22,242 nucleotides of DNA from Synechococcus sp. (GTDB lineage: Bacteria > Cyanobacteriota > Cyanobacteriia > Thermostichales > PCC-7336): positions 1 to 22,242 of the forward strand of contig JBFRWD010000116.1 of the NCBI GenBank assembly GCA_051439425.1. Direction: 5' to 3'. Position numbers and translations under genes: made by a program. Numbering within the stretch: position 1 is the first letter of the stretch; each line of letters opens with the position of its first letter. Shown here one piece after another: positions 9,365-17,890 of this stretch. The notes under the pieces are model-generated. The model was not told the origin of the DNA. It was given only the letters and a program-made list of their open reading frames with translations, and did no database searches.

Positions 9365-9468
9365 CAGAAGTGGCCTTCTGGGGTGAGAGGTTGCGAAGGG
9401 GCGGTCGCGCCCCCTCGCGCTCCCGCGAGCAGGGGACGAGGCGCGTCCCCTCCTACCCCTCCGAGAGG
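9365..9468. repeat. GC-rich cluster of five hairpins (REP-like or structured RNA)
   Basis: Stems at 9365-9380, 9393-9418, 9419-9430, 9431-9451, 9458-9468 read directly from the sequence. Confidence 0.65.
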
Positions 9469-9638
9469 ACCTGCGGATATGTGAGGGGTTGCAGGGTGGG
9501 AATGGGGTGAATGGAGAGAGGGAGGTTGTAAATTTCAGGAAAAAGAAGAGGAACGGGAAATGAAGTGGAGGAGTTGAGGGATTGGCTGTTGTTGGGGGAT
9601 AGGTTGGTAGCGAGTTTTGGGTGAAAGGGGTTTCTGGG

Positions 9639-11300
9639 GTGGGTGTTTTATCTCGGGTGGCTAGTACAACGTCTCGGCAGGGGGAGATTGTTGAGGTTGT
9701 TCTGCGGAATGGCTGGGGGTATATGCGGCAGTTGCTGACGGGGGGGAAGGCTGGGGAACCGGTGTTGCCGCCTCCGGCGGTGTTGCGCAATATTTTGGTG
9801 GAGTTGGGGCCGGTTTACGTCAAGTTGGGGCAACTGCTGAGTACGCGACCGGATTTGTTGCCGGCTAGTTATATCGAGGCGCTGTCGGCGTTGCAGGCAG
9901 ATGTGCCGGCGTCGGATTGGGAGGAGATGGAGGAGTTGCTGAGGGAGGAGTATGGCGATCGCTCTCTCTCGGATATTTTTGAATCTTTGGAGCCGGTGCC
10001 GGTGGCGGCGGGGTCGATCGCGCAGGTGCATCGAGGCAGATTGCTTGACGGGCGCGAGGTGGCAGTTAAGGTGCAGCGGCCGGGGTTGGAGCGGCTGGTG
10101 CGGCGGGATACGGACTTGATTATGCTGACGGCTCGGTTGGCGTCGACGACTGATTTTGGGCAGAGCTACGACATTGTCGGGCTGGCGAAGGAGTTTACGC
10201 AGTCGTTGCAGGCGGAGCTGAGTTTTACGCGGGAAGCAAACAATACCAATCGGTTTCGGGAGTCGTTGGCCACCAGTCGTTGGTTTGATTCCAAGAAGAT
10301 TGCAGTGCCTCGGGTGATTGAAGAGGCGACGACGGAGCGGGTGTTGGTGTTGGAGTGGGTGGCAGGCACTCCGATTTTAAAGGCGGCGATTTCTGGGGAG
10401 GCGTATGGGGGGGATGCGCAGGTGGAGCGGGAGGCGATCGCTCGCTTGCTACTGCGAGTATTTTTTCAGCAGGTGTGTGTGGATGGTTTCTTCCATGCCG
10501 ATCCGCATCCGGGCAATCTCTTTTATCTAGGAAAGGGGCGGGTGGCGCTGTTGGATTGTGGGATGGCGGGGAGTTTAGATCCGAAGACACAGGAAATTTT
10601 GATCGAGATTGTGCTGGCGATCGCGACGCTCGATCCGCAGCGCTGCGCTCAGTTGGTGTTGCAGTTGTCGCCGCCGGAGGCTCCCGTCAGGTTGATTCGA
10701 TTGCAGAACGATTTCGATCGCCTGTTGCGCCGCTATGCCGGGGTGAGTTTGTCTCGGATCAATTTTGGCGAGATGTTTTACGAGGTGTTGGATACGGCCC
10801 GTAAGAACGAGATTCGAGTGCCGGGGAATTTGGGGTTGTGTGCGAAGGCGATCGCCAATTTGGAGGGGGTGGCGCGGGAGATTAATCCTGATTTTGATTT
10901 TGTGGCGGAGATTGAGCCGCTGTCTACGGATTTGCTGCAGTCGAGGTTGATTGGCGATCGGCCGGTGCCAACTGCCTAACAAATGATGTTGGATTTCAAG
11001 TCGCTGGCGATTCAGTCTCCGCGACAGATGGAGATATTGCTGGAGCGGCTAACGTCGGAGACGTTGCAGTGGAATATGAATGTGCGGCAGATGGATGGGT
11101 TACGCCGCAGTTTAGAGGATTCGGCCAATCGGCTGTCGTTCAGCATTGTGGTTGGGGCGCTGATTATTGGGGCGGCGACGATCGCGACGCCGGATGCCAC
11201 TAGCAAGTTGTATTGGGTGGGGAATGCGTTGTTTGTGGCGGCAAGCGTGTTGGGTGTGTGGTTGTTGATTTCGATTGTGCGATCGGAGAGAGGGAAGTAG
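9639..11300 (+). pseudogene. ABC1/AarF/UbiB atypical kinase interrupted by in-frame TAA at 10977-10979
   Basis: LGPVYVKLGQLLSTRPDL, AAGSIAQVH, VAVKVQRP, FFHADPHPGN, LLDCGM; ORF 10983-11300 continues in the same frame with the expected two C-terminal TM helices; start GTG 9639 uncertain (ORF from 9621); may be a sequencing error. Confidence 0.85.
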
Positions 11301-11545
11301 TTTTTCTCCCAGCCAAGTCAAACAATCTGGAGAAGAGCACTTAATTTCGTTCGATATGGTGCTCTTTTTGACTAGAATCTGCTTCCGAGAACCGACTTCT
11401 CTGACATCATTTCTATATACATCGAGTTCGATCAACTTCTTATAGGTTGATTTAATTGAAAACCATCAAAAATGTTGCTTCACTCATTATGTGGTTATTC
11501 GGTACTTCTTCTCTGCATGCGCTCTAACTTATAAGCCTCTGTATT

Positions 11546-12221
11546 ATGCGACGCCAGACAAAATCTGTATCTAGAGTTAGAAAGGCCTTAAGTATCTCCA
11601 ATATCATTTCTCTTGTTGCACTAAGCTTATCTTTATTCGTAACTTTATCGAACTGAGTTTATGCAAGGCATGATTAAGGTATTTCCTCCTAGCCGTGTCG
11701 CTGTAATAAGCTCTGAACAATTTAGACTACAAGGAAATGATAGTGACAAGCTGCTTTTGAGCTTTTCAGTCCAAAATGATGGTGCAACCTTAAAGTCTGT
11801 AAAAGGTAGTTACCTCACTATAAGGGATCAGAATGGGAAAGAACTTGATTTTTTTGCCGATGCAGAACTCGATAGAATCAAAGATATCAGGATTACCGAA
11901 TCCCCCCTGACTGATAATTCAAATTATGCACTGATTTCCTCTACTTCAATTCCACCAAGGAGTTTTTATATAGCAAACCAGATTTTCTTCTATGGATGTG
12001 ATTCAGGATGGCATTCTGGAGAAAAGCTGGACAGTCTTGACTGTGACACTCAACCTGAGATATTTAAATTCTCAACTGGTGCTAAATATAAGGGAAGGCT
12101 TAGGATTGACGCCTTCAGCAATAAAGTTAGAGATGCATGCTTCAATTTTTACTTGCCCAATACGCCACAGAAAAACCTATTTGATTTTTCTCCGATTTTT
12201 AAAGATGAGGATTGCTCTTGA
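11546..12221 (+). pseudogene. Orphan membrane-anchored protein, apparently split by a 1-bp insertion near 11656 (ORFs 11546-11656 and 11661-12221)
   Basis: 11546-11656 encodes MRRQTKSVSRVRKALSISNIISLVALSLSLFVTLSN*; deleting one base in AACTGAGTTTATG gives N-W-F-M in frame with the 186-aa ORF; AT-rich. Confidence 0.55.
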
Positions 12222-12454
12222 GTAAGTTTTTCTATGCAATGATTTTAGGGGATGTCTTTTGTATTCGTATTAGGATTGGATAATGAACACGTAGTATTTC
12301 TCAATCACATGAGGGCTAGTATTCTTACTAAAGGCTACCTCAAGGGAAAGTTATGTGTCGGCAATGGCTGTCAACATTTAGCTACAGTTACATGATAAGT
12401 ACTACCTGCTAAAATGTGAGGGGAAGAGGACTTCTCTCAGCCTCTTGTCGCTTT

Positions 12455-12736
12455 ATGACAGAATTACTTCAAAGAGTCTTTGAGCAAATTGCCAAGCTGC
12501 CTCATAAAGAGCAGGACAATATTGCACGCCGCTTGCTTGCTGAACTTGAGGATGGCAAGGCAGGATTGACCACCACTAACACAGTGAATCATGGTGGCGA
12601 GAGCATTGTCCCCTCTGGGAAGGATAGCTCTCCTTTGGAAAAAGCCCGGAAATTTAGAGAATGGGTGAGCCAGCAACCGGAGACAGGGATAAGCTTACCG
12701 GATGAAGCCTTCGATCGCGGCAGTATTTACGAGTAG
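12455..12736 (+). CDS. Putative type II antitoxin
   Basis: 93 aa from ATG 12455; TAG overlaps toxin GTG (TAGTG); C-terminal FREW..LPDEAFDRGSIYE resembles tails I recall from cyanobacterial PIN-toxin partners. Confidence 0.75.
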   Translation: MTELLQRVFEQIAKLPHKEQDNIARRLLAELEDGKAGLTTTNTVNHGGESIVPSGKDSSPLEKARKFREWVSQQPETGISLPDEAFDRGSIYE

Positions 12737-13185
12737 TGGCCAAATACCTTCTGGACACAAACGTTCTTTTGCGTCTCGTCAATTCTTCAGACCGTCAGCA
12801 TCTACTAGCGTCTGAGGCTGTCGCGTTCCTCCTTGGGCGAGGAGATGAATGTTGGTTAACCAGTCAAGTGCTGATTGAGTTTTGGGTGGTTGCAACAAGA
12901 CCGACAGAAGCAAATGGCTTGGGTTGGTCGGTAGAACGAACGCACATGAAAATTGTGCAACTGCTCGAACAGTTTCCTCTGCTGCAAGAAACGGAGAACA
13001 TTTTTCCCACATGGCTGAGGCTTGTGGCAGATAGTCAGGTCAAGGGAAAACGAACTCACGATGCCCGCATAGCAGCCGTAGCAATATCTTCTGACATCAG
13101 TCACATTCTGACCTTGAACCCAAAGGACTTCTCAGGGCTTGCTGGTGTGAAAGCTGTCAGCCCTGAGAAGATTGCAGATTCTTGA
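12736..13185 (+). CDS. vapC: PIN-domain (VapC-like) toxin
   Basis: YLLDTNVLLR, QVLIEFWVVATRP, THDARIAA, ILTLNPKDF acidic PIN motifs; 149 aa; coupled to upstream small ORF. Confidence 0.9.
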   Translation: MAKYLLDTNVLLRLVNSSDRQHLLASEAVAFLLGRGDECWLTSQVLIEFWVVATRPTEANGLGWSVERTHMKIVQLLEQFPLLQETENIFPTWLRLVADSQVKGKRTHDARIAAVAISSDISHILTLNPKDFSGLAGVKAVSPEKIADS

Positions 13186-13206
13186 ACGATTGGAAAGTTG
13201 GCGAAG

Positions 13207-15138
13207 CTAAGCCAATGCTTCCACGTCCTGACAAGCCTTCTGATAGCGACCCAACGCCAGCAGCGGGAAATACTGCTGGTAGTAGTGGTACTTCAAATAG
13301 AAATGCTGAGGGAAACCCGTACCGGTAAACCAGTCCTCATCCCAAGTACCATCATCGCGCTGAGTCTCGATCAGATACTTGATGCCTCGCTCCAACGCAT
13401 CCGGCTCCCAACCTCCCGTCGCATGACCCGCCGCAATTAAGCCAATCAACGACCAAGCCGTCTGAGATGGAGTACTATCCCCCTGCCCGCGCAACGACGG
13501 ATCGCGATAGGTATCGCAAGTCTCCCCCCAACCCCCATCGTCATTCTGATACTTCACCAACCAAGCCGCTCCCCGCAGCAACGCATCCCGATGTTCCTCA
13601 GGGTTCACTAACGCCAGCGCCGACAGCGCCCCGCTCGTGCCGTAAATATAATTCACCCCCCAACGACCGAACCAAGCCCCGTCCGATTCCTGCTCGTTCT
13701 TCAAATACGCGATCGCCCGATCCACCCGACCGGCATCCATCGTCAAATCGCATTCCCCCACCATCTCCAACACCCGCGCCGTCACATCCGCCGTGTTGGG
13801 ATCAATCATCGCCTTCAGGTCGCCATAGGGCAGGCTATTCAACCAGTCAGCGTCGTTATCGATATCAAACGCCCCCCAGCCGCCAGCCTTGCACTGCATC
13901 GTCTGCATCCAGCTATTGGCGCGATCGATGCACCCTTTCTTCAGTGCCTCATTCGGCATCTGAATCTGATTGATGGCCATCACCACCACCGCCGAATCAT
14001 CCAAATCGGGATAGAACCGGTTATCAAACTCAAACGCCCAGCCCCCCGGATTGGCCTTGGGATTTTTCACAATCCAATCGCCGTAATCCAAAATCTGCTT
14101 GTCAATCAGCCACTGAGCCGCCTGCACCAACTTAGGATGATCGGGGGCACAACCCGACTCCGCCATCGCGCGTACCACCCAGGCCGTATCCCAAATAGGC
14201 GAGATACAAGGTTGGATGTGATAGTCGTTGTAGTGCTCGATCGCAAAGTTATCGATCGCCTTCATACCGCGATCGACAATCGGATCGTGAACGTCGTAAT
14301 CAAGAGCTTTTAGGGCCAGCATCGAGTTGAGCATGGCCGGAATAATGCCCCCCCAATCGCCAGTCACTTCCTGGCGCTCCAGCACCCACTTCTCGGCTTC
14401 TCGCAGTCCCTCTTCCCTCAAGGGCACCAAACCCAGCGTTTCCCCCAGCTTAAAGACGTTATCGAGATGTACGAAGATATCCGACCAGTCATTGTTGCGG
14501 GGCAATTCAAACTTGGCGTTCTCGTAGCCCTCCGCATACAGCTCTTTCATGTCGAACACTGGATCGACCCGATACACCGGCTTGCGATCGAACACGATCG
14601 CCAACGGCACCGTACTGCCCCGCGCCCAACTGGACATGTCGTAAATGGTGAACGGTCCCCACTCCGGCAAAAACATAATCCACGGCGGAATCGAAGGCAG
14701 TCCCTTCCAGTCGTAACAACCAATCAAAGCCAGGTGGAATTTCGTGAAAATGCGGGTTTTGCCAATGCCACCCCTGGCCAGAATAAAATCCTTCGCCTTC
14801 AGCAATGCCGGATCGTCCTTCGGCACCCCACAAAGCAGCAAGCCCATATAGGCTTCCACCGACGTGCTCAGCTCACCACCATCGCCGAAATACAGCTCCC
14901 AGCCGCCGTGGTCTTTCTGTTGCTGGCGCAAATACGCTTCAATCTTGTCAACGGGGCGGTCAACATCGGTGCCCCAAATCTTGTGCAGCAGCAGCACTTC
15001 TACCGTAATGGTGACATTCGACTCCAGCTCGGCCCACCAGTAACCCTCGTCATACTGGGTCGACAACAAATAATTCTGGCTGGCGGCAATGGTCTCTGCC
15101 ACGCTCTTGGTGGCGATCGCTCTATCTTGAGTCTGCAT
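13207..15138 (-). CDS. shc: Squalene-hopene cyclase
   Basis: DxDD motif in YPDLDDSAVV; QW-type repeats (QKDHGGW, QNDDGGWGE, QRDDGTW); GRWGVNYIYGT; FTGTGFP; 643 aa. Confidence 0.97.
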   Translation of the reverse strand: MQTQDRAIATKSVAETIAASQNYLLSTQYDEGYWWAELESNVTITVEVLLLHKIWGTDVDRPVDKIEAYLRQQQKDHGGWELYFGDGGELSTSVEAYMGLLLCGVPKDDPALLKAKDFILARGGIGKTRIFTKFHLALIGCYDWKGLPSIPPWIMFLPEWGPFTIYDMSSWARGSTVPLAIVFDRKPVYRVDPVFDMKELYAEGYENAKFELPRNNDWSDIFVHLDNVFKLGETLGLVPLREEGLREAEKWVLERQEVTGDWGGIIPAMLNSMLALKALDYDVHDPIVDRGMKAIDNFAIEHYNDYHIQPCISPIWDTAWVVRAMAESGCAPDHPKLVQAAQWLIDKQILDYGDWIVKNPKANPGGWAFEFDNRFYPDLDDSAVVVMAINQIQMPNEALKKGCIDRANSWMQTMQCKAGGWGAFDIDNDADWLNSLPYGDLKAMIDPNTADVTARVLEMVGECDLTMDAGRVDRAIAYLKNEQESDGAWFGRWGVNYIYGTSGALSALALVNPEEHRDALLRGAAWLVKYQNDDGGWGETCDTYRDPSLRGQGDSTPSQTAWSLIGLIAAGHATGGWEPDALERGIKYLIETQRDDGTWDEDWFTGTGFPQHFYLKYHYYQQYFPLLALGRYQKACQDVEALA

Positions 15139-15328
15139 TCGGGTCGCTCCTCTGCACCTGGGGCTGAACAGTCAGCTCTCGTCTAGTTTACATTTGCTTA
15201 ACAATGTCGGCAGAGTAAGGTTGACCGTGAACACTACCCAACGGTAGAACTCCCGTAAGTTCTTGAGCCATCCAAACCTAGATTCGGATGAATCCGAGAA
15301 CCCAGCCCCATCAATACCGAGCACGAGC

Positions 15329-16570
15329 ATGAGCGCGATCGCACTTGGCGCACCAAGCATCATCACCGGCGTCCTCTTCCTATCGCTAGCCATTTGGGTG
15401 GGTCTGCTCACCCTGCGGGGGATGTTTTGGACCGCCGACCAACAATTGAGAGACGATCGCCCCGAGCCATCGGAATGGCCATCGGTGTATGCCGTCATTC
15501 CCGCTCGTGATGAAGCAGAAACCATTGGCACCACCGTACGGGCGCTGCTGCTGCAAGAATACCCAGGGGACTTAAAAATTGTCTTAGTAGACGATCAAAG
15601 CTCGGACGGTACGGCGGAGATTGCCCGCCAGGCGGCAAATGAAATCGGAGATAAAGTATCTAACCTCAATAATTGCGATCGCCAACTGGAAATCCTCTCT
15701 GGCAAAGACTTACCCACCGGCTGGACCGGTAAATTGTGGGCGATGGAACAGGGCACCCAATACGCTATCCAAGACGGCAACCCCGATTACATCCTGCTCA
15801 CCGACGCCGACATCCAACATGACCCTCTCAACCTCAAACGCTTGGCCTCGCTAGCCGCAGACGAACAACTCGATATGGCGTCTGTCATGGTGCGACTGCG
15901 CTGCGAAAGCACCTGGGAACAGTTCCTCATCCCCGCTTTCATCTTCTTTTTCATGAAGCTTTACCCCTTCCGCTGGGTGAACAATCCCCAACGGAAAATG
16001 GCCGGTGCTGCCGGAGGCTGTATCCTCATCCGCAGTTCGGCCCTGCAGCGCATTGGTGGCATGGGCTGCCTCAAAGAAGCCCTGATTGACGACTGCACCT
16101 TAGCTGCCAAAGTCAAAGAAAGTCCCTCTCCCGATGCCCCAGATGGCAAAAGCCGCATTTGGTTGGGACTAGGCTCGGACATTATCAGCCTGCGCCCCTA
16201 TCCCGACCTAGATACTGTCTGGAAAATGGTGGCTCGTACGGCCTTTACTCAACTCAATTACTCCACCCTGTTACTGATCGGCACCCTGGTGGCCATGACG
16301 TTGATTTACTTAGTTGCCCCAATCGGCTTTATTTGGGGACTCGTGACCGCCAACTGGCTGGGGGCGATCGCTGCTGCCACCACCTGGGCACTTATGGCTC
16401 TCTCCTACTGGCCCACCCTCAAGTTCTATCGCCAGTCACCCTTATGGGCGTTTACATTGCCCGCAATTGCCTTTCTCTACACCCTGATGACCGTCGATTC
16501 TGCCATCCAGCACTGGCAAGGAAAAGGAGGAGCGTGGAAAGGTCGCGTTTACCCCAGCGGTTCTATCTAA
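15329..16570 (+). CDS. hpnB: Hopene-associated family 2 glycosyltransferase (HpnB-like)
   Basis: VIPARDEA, VDDQSSDGT, GWTGKLWA, LTDADI, AAGGCILI, ALIDDCTLA, MVARTAFTQL, GGAWKGR; divergent from shc; ATG 15329 preferred (ORF from 15263). Confidence 0.85.
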   Translation: MSAIALGAPSIITGVLFLSLAIWVGLLTLRGMFWTADQQLRDDRPEPSEWPSVYAVIPARDEAETIGTTVRALLLQEYPGDLKIVLVDDQSSDGTAEIARQAANEIGDKVSNLNNCDRQLEILSGKDLPTGWTGKLWAMEQGTQYAIQDGNPDYILLTDADIQHDPLNLKRLASLAADEQLDMASVMVRLRCESTWEQFLIPAFIFFFMKLYPFRWVNNPQRKMAGAAGGCILIRSSALQRIGGMGCLKEALIDDCTLAAKVKESPSPDAPDGKSRIWLGLGSDIISLRPYPDLDTVWKMVARTAFTQLNYSTLLLIGTLVAMTLIYLVAPIGFIWGLVTANWLGAIAAATTWALMALSYWPTLKFYRQSPLWAFTLPAIAFLYTLMTVDSAIQHWQGKGGAWKGRVYPSGSI

Positions 16571-16618
16571 GATCTGTAGAATGAGCCCGTGGTGCAGTAA
16601 GGGAAACGCCCCTCAGAC

Positions 16619-17212
16619 ATGCTCGGGACTCTTCGCCAAACCGTCTTACGACTCTTGTATGCTGCATTGCTATTTGTATGTGTTGGTTGGCTGCCATTTT
16701 GGGTCAATGCTGCGCCAGCGATCGCCATCCCACCCACTAGCTCTCAAGTTCTGATTCTCATCGACGAGGGCAGCCACGAACTGGAAACCGGAGAATTTGA
16801 ATCCGCGATCGCCCACCTCACTGATGCCATTTCCCAAGATTCTCGACAGCCCCAAGCCTACGCCCTGCGAGCCTATGCCAAACGACAATTGGGCCAATTC
16901 CAATCGGCATTAGACGATTACAGTGCCATTCTGGAACTGCAACCTCGCAGCGCTACTACATATGTCGATCGCGGCTTGCTCAAAGGAATGCTGGGAGACG
17001 CCAAAGGGGCGATTGCCGATCACACCCGGGCAATCGATATCGAGCCCAATAACGCCAGAGCCTACAGTTCTCGCGGAATTGCCCGCTGCGTTTCAGGAGA
17101 GATTGAAGCCGGTCAGCAGGACTTTAGGCAATCGGGTGTGTTGAGTTTGAATCAAGGGGACTACCAGCTCTACTCGATTGCCTCGCGATCGGAAAAGAAG
17201 TTTTGTCGATAA
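16619..17212 (+). CDS. Secreted/membrane-anchored tetratricopeptide repeat protein
   Basis: Hydrophobic N-terminus; ~34-aa repeats AYALRAYAK..GQFQSALDDY, TYVDRGLLK..GDAKGAIADH, AYSSRGIAR. Confidence 0.88.
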   Translation: MLGTLRQTVLRLLYAALLFVCVGWLPFWVNAAPAIAIPPTSSQVLILIDEGSHELETGEFESAIAHLTDAISQDSRQPQAYALRAYAKRQLGQFQSALDDYSAILELQPRSATTYVDRGLLKGMLGDAKGAIADHTRAIDIEPNNARAYSSRGIARCVSGEIEAGQQDFRQSGVLSLNQGDYQLYSIASRSEKKFCR

Positions 17213-17259
17213 AGTATCAAAAGTGTCAGACTTTTTAGAGCAAATTTAGCTGCTAACTA

Positions 17260-17314
17260 TGAACTGCAGCGAGTGAATAAACTAAGCAATATGAAATAAG
17301 TTCGCTGCAATTCA
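17260..17314. repeat. 13-bp inverted repeat (1 mismatch) with AT-rich 29-nt spacer
   Basis: TGAACTGCAGCGA (17260-17272) / TCGCTGCAATTCA (17302-17314). Confidence 0.6.
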
Positions 17315-17359
17315 ATCGTGAGTTTAGGATAAATAAAATCGCTGTCGAAATCTCACCTC

Positions 17360-17662
17360 ATGTCAGATCTTAAAGAATCGATTAGCACAGCCATTCGCGA
17401 TCGAGGAAAGCTATTTTCATACTTACTGGCTCCCGAATCGTATCTGCTCGCGGCAGGGTTGCTCTCAGGTATGGTGTCAGTCCCGCTAGTATTGCTCAAC
17501 GTGATGGCTATTCACTGCGCCGCTACATCTTGCAGTGCGTTGCTTGATGACAGTAACAACCTTCAATCGTGGCTATTGTTTGAAGGATTAACAGCGTTCT
17601 TCCTATTCTTCTGTATTTATCCCCTGATCAAATTCAGAAAACTCCGCAAGCAACGGAGATAG
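17360..17662 (+). CDS. Hypothetical membrane protein (2 predicted TM segments)
   Basis: 100 aa, two hydrophobic stretches and basic tail KFRKLRKQRR (positive-inside pattern). Confidence 0.6.
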   Translation: MSDLKESISTAIRDRGKLFSYLLAPESYLLAAGLLSGMVSVPLVLLNVMAIHCAATSCSALLDDSNNLQSWLLFEGLTAFFLFFCIYPLIKFRKLRKQRR

Positions 17663-17690
17663 TACAGGTTGATTTTCAGACATCGTCACT

Positions 17691-17785
17691 TATGACGTTC
17701 GCCATTTCAGTTAGGACAGAGGTTTCCCATCTCGGTCGGGATTGAACACAGCTGAAATGTCCGCAGTGGCATAACCACTGCTATA
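17691..17785 (-). mobile_element. 95-bp structured MITE-like element, copy B (inverted relative to A)
   Basis: Reverse complement begins TATAGCAGTGGTTATGCCACTGCGGACATTTCAGC; 73/95 ungapped identity to 5626-5720. Confidence 0.7.
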
Positions 17786-17890
17786 GCGATTGGCAATCCG
17801 CTATGGAGACTTCACTGACTACTTTTCCTTGAGAATCAAGTATTTCGTGGCCTCAACCCCCCAGACTTTTTAACGGATTGCTACATAAAA

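Noticed and set aside
9197..9790. 197-aa Pro/Thr/Ser-rich minus-strand ORF
   Set aside because: Product of the G-rich + strand; overlaps ridA and the ABC1 gene
11112..11435. 107-aa minus-strand ORF spanning the insert boundary
   Set aside because: Half is antisense to the ABC1 C-terminus; remainder unrecognisable, though it could be a gene fragment
11285..13220. Target-site duplication or att sites around the insert
   Set aside because: Only 6-bp matches (e.g. AGCCAA) found at the two edges
14467..15186. 239-aa plus-strand ORF opposite shc
   Set aside because: Antisense shadow ORF with no motifs
17250..17330. Integron attC site
   Set aside because: RYYYAAC/GTTRRRY boxes not properly matched and no integrase in window
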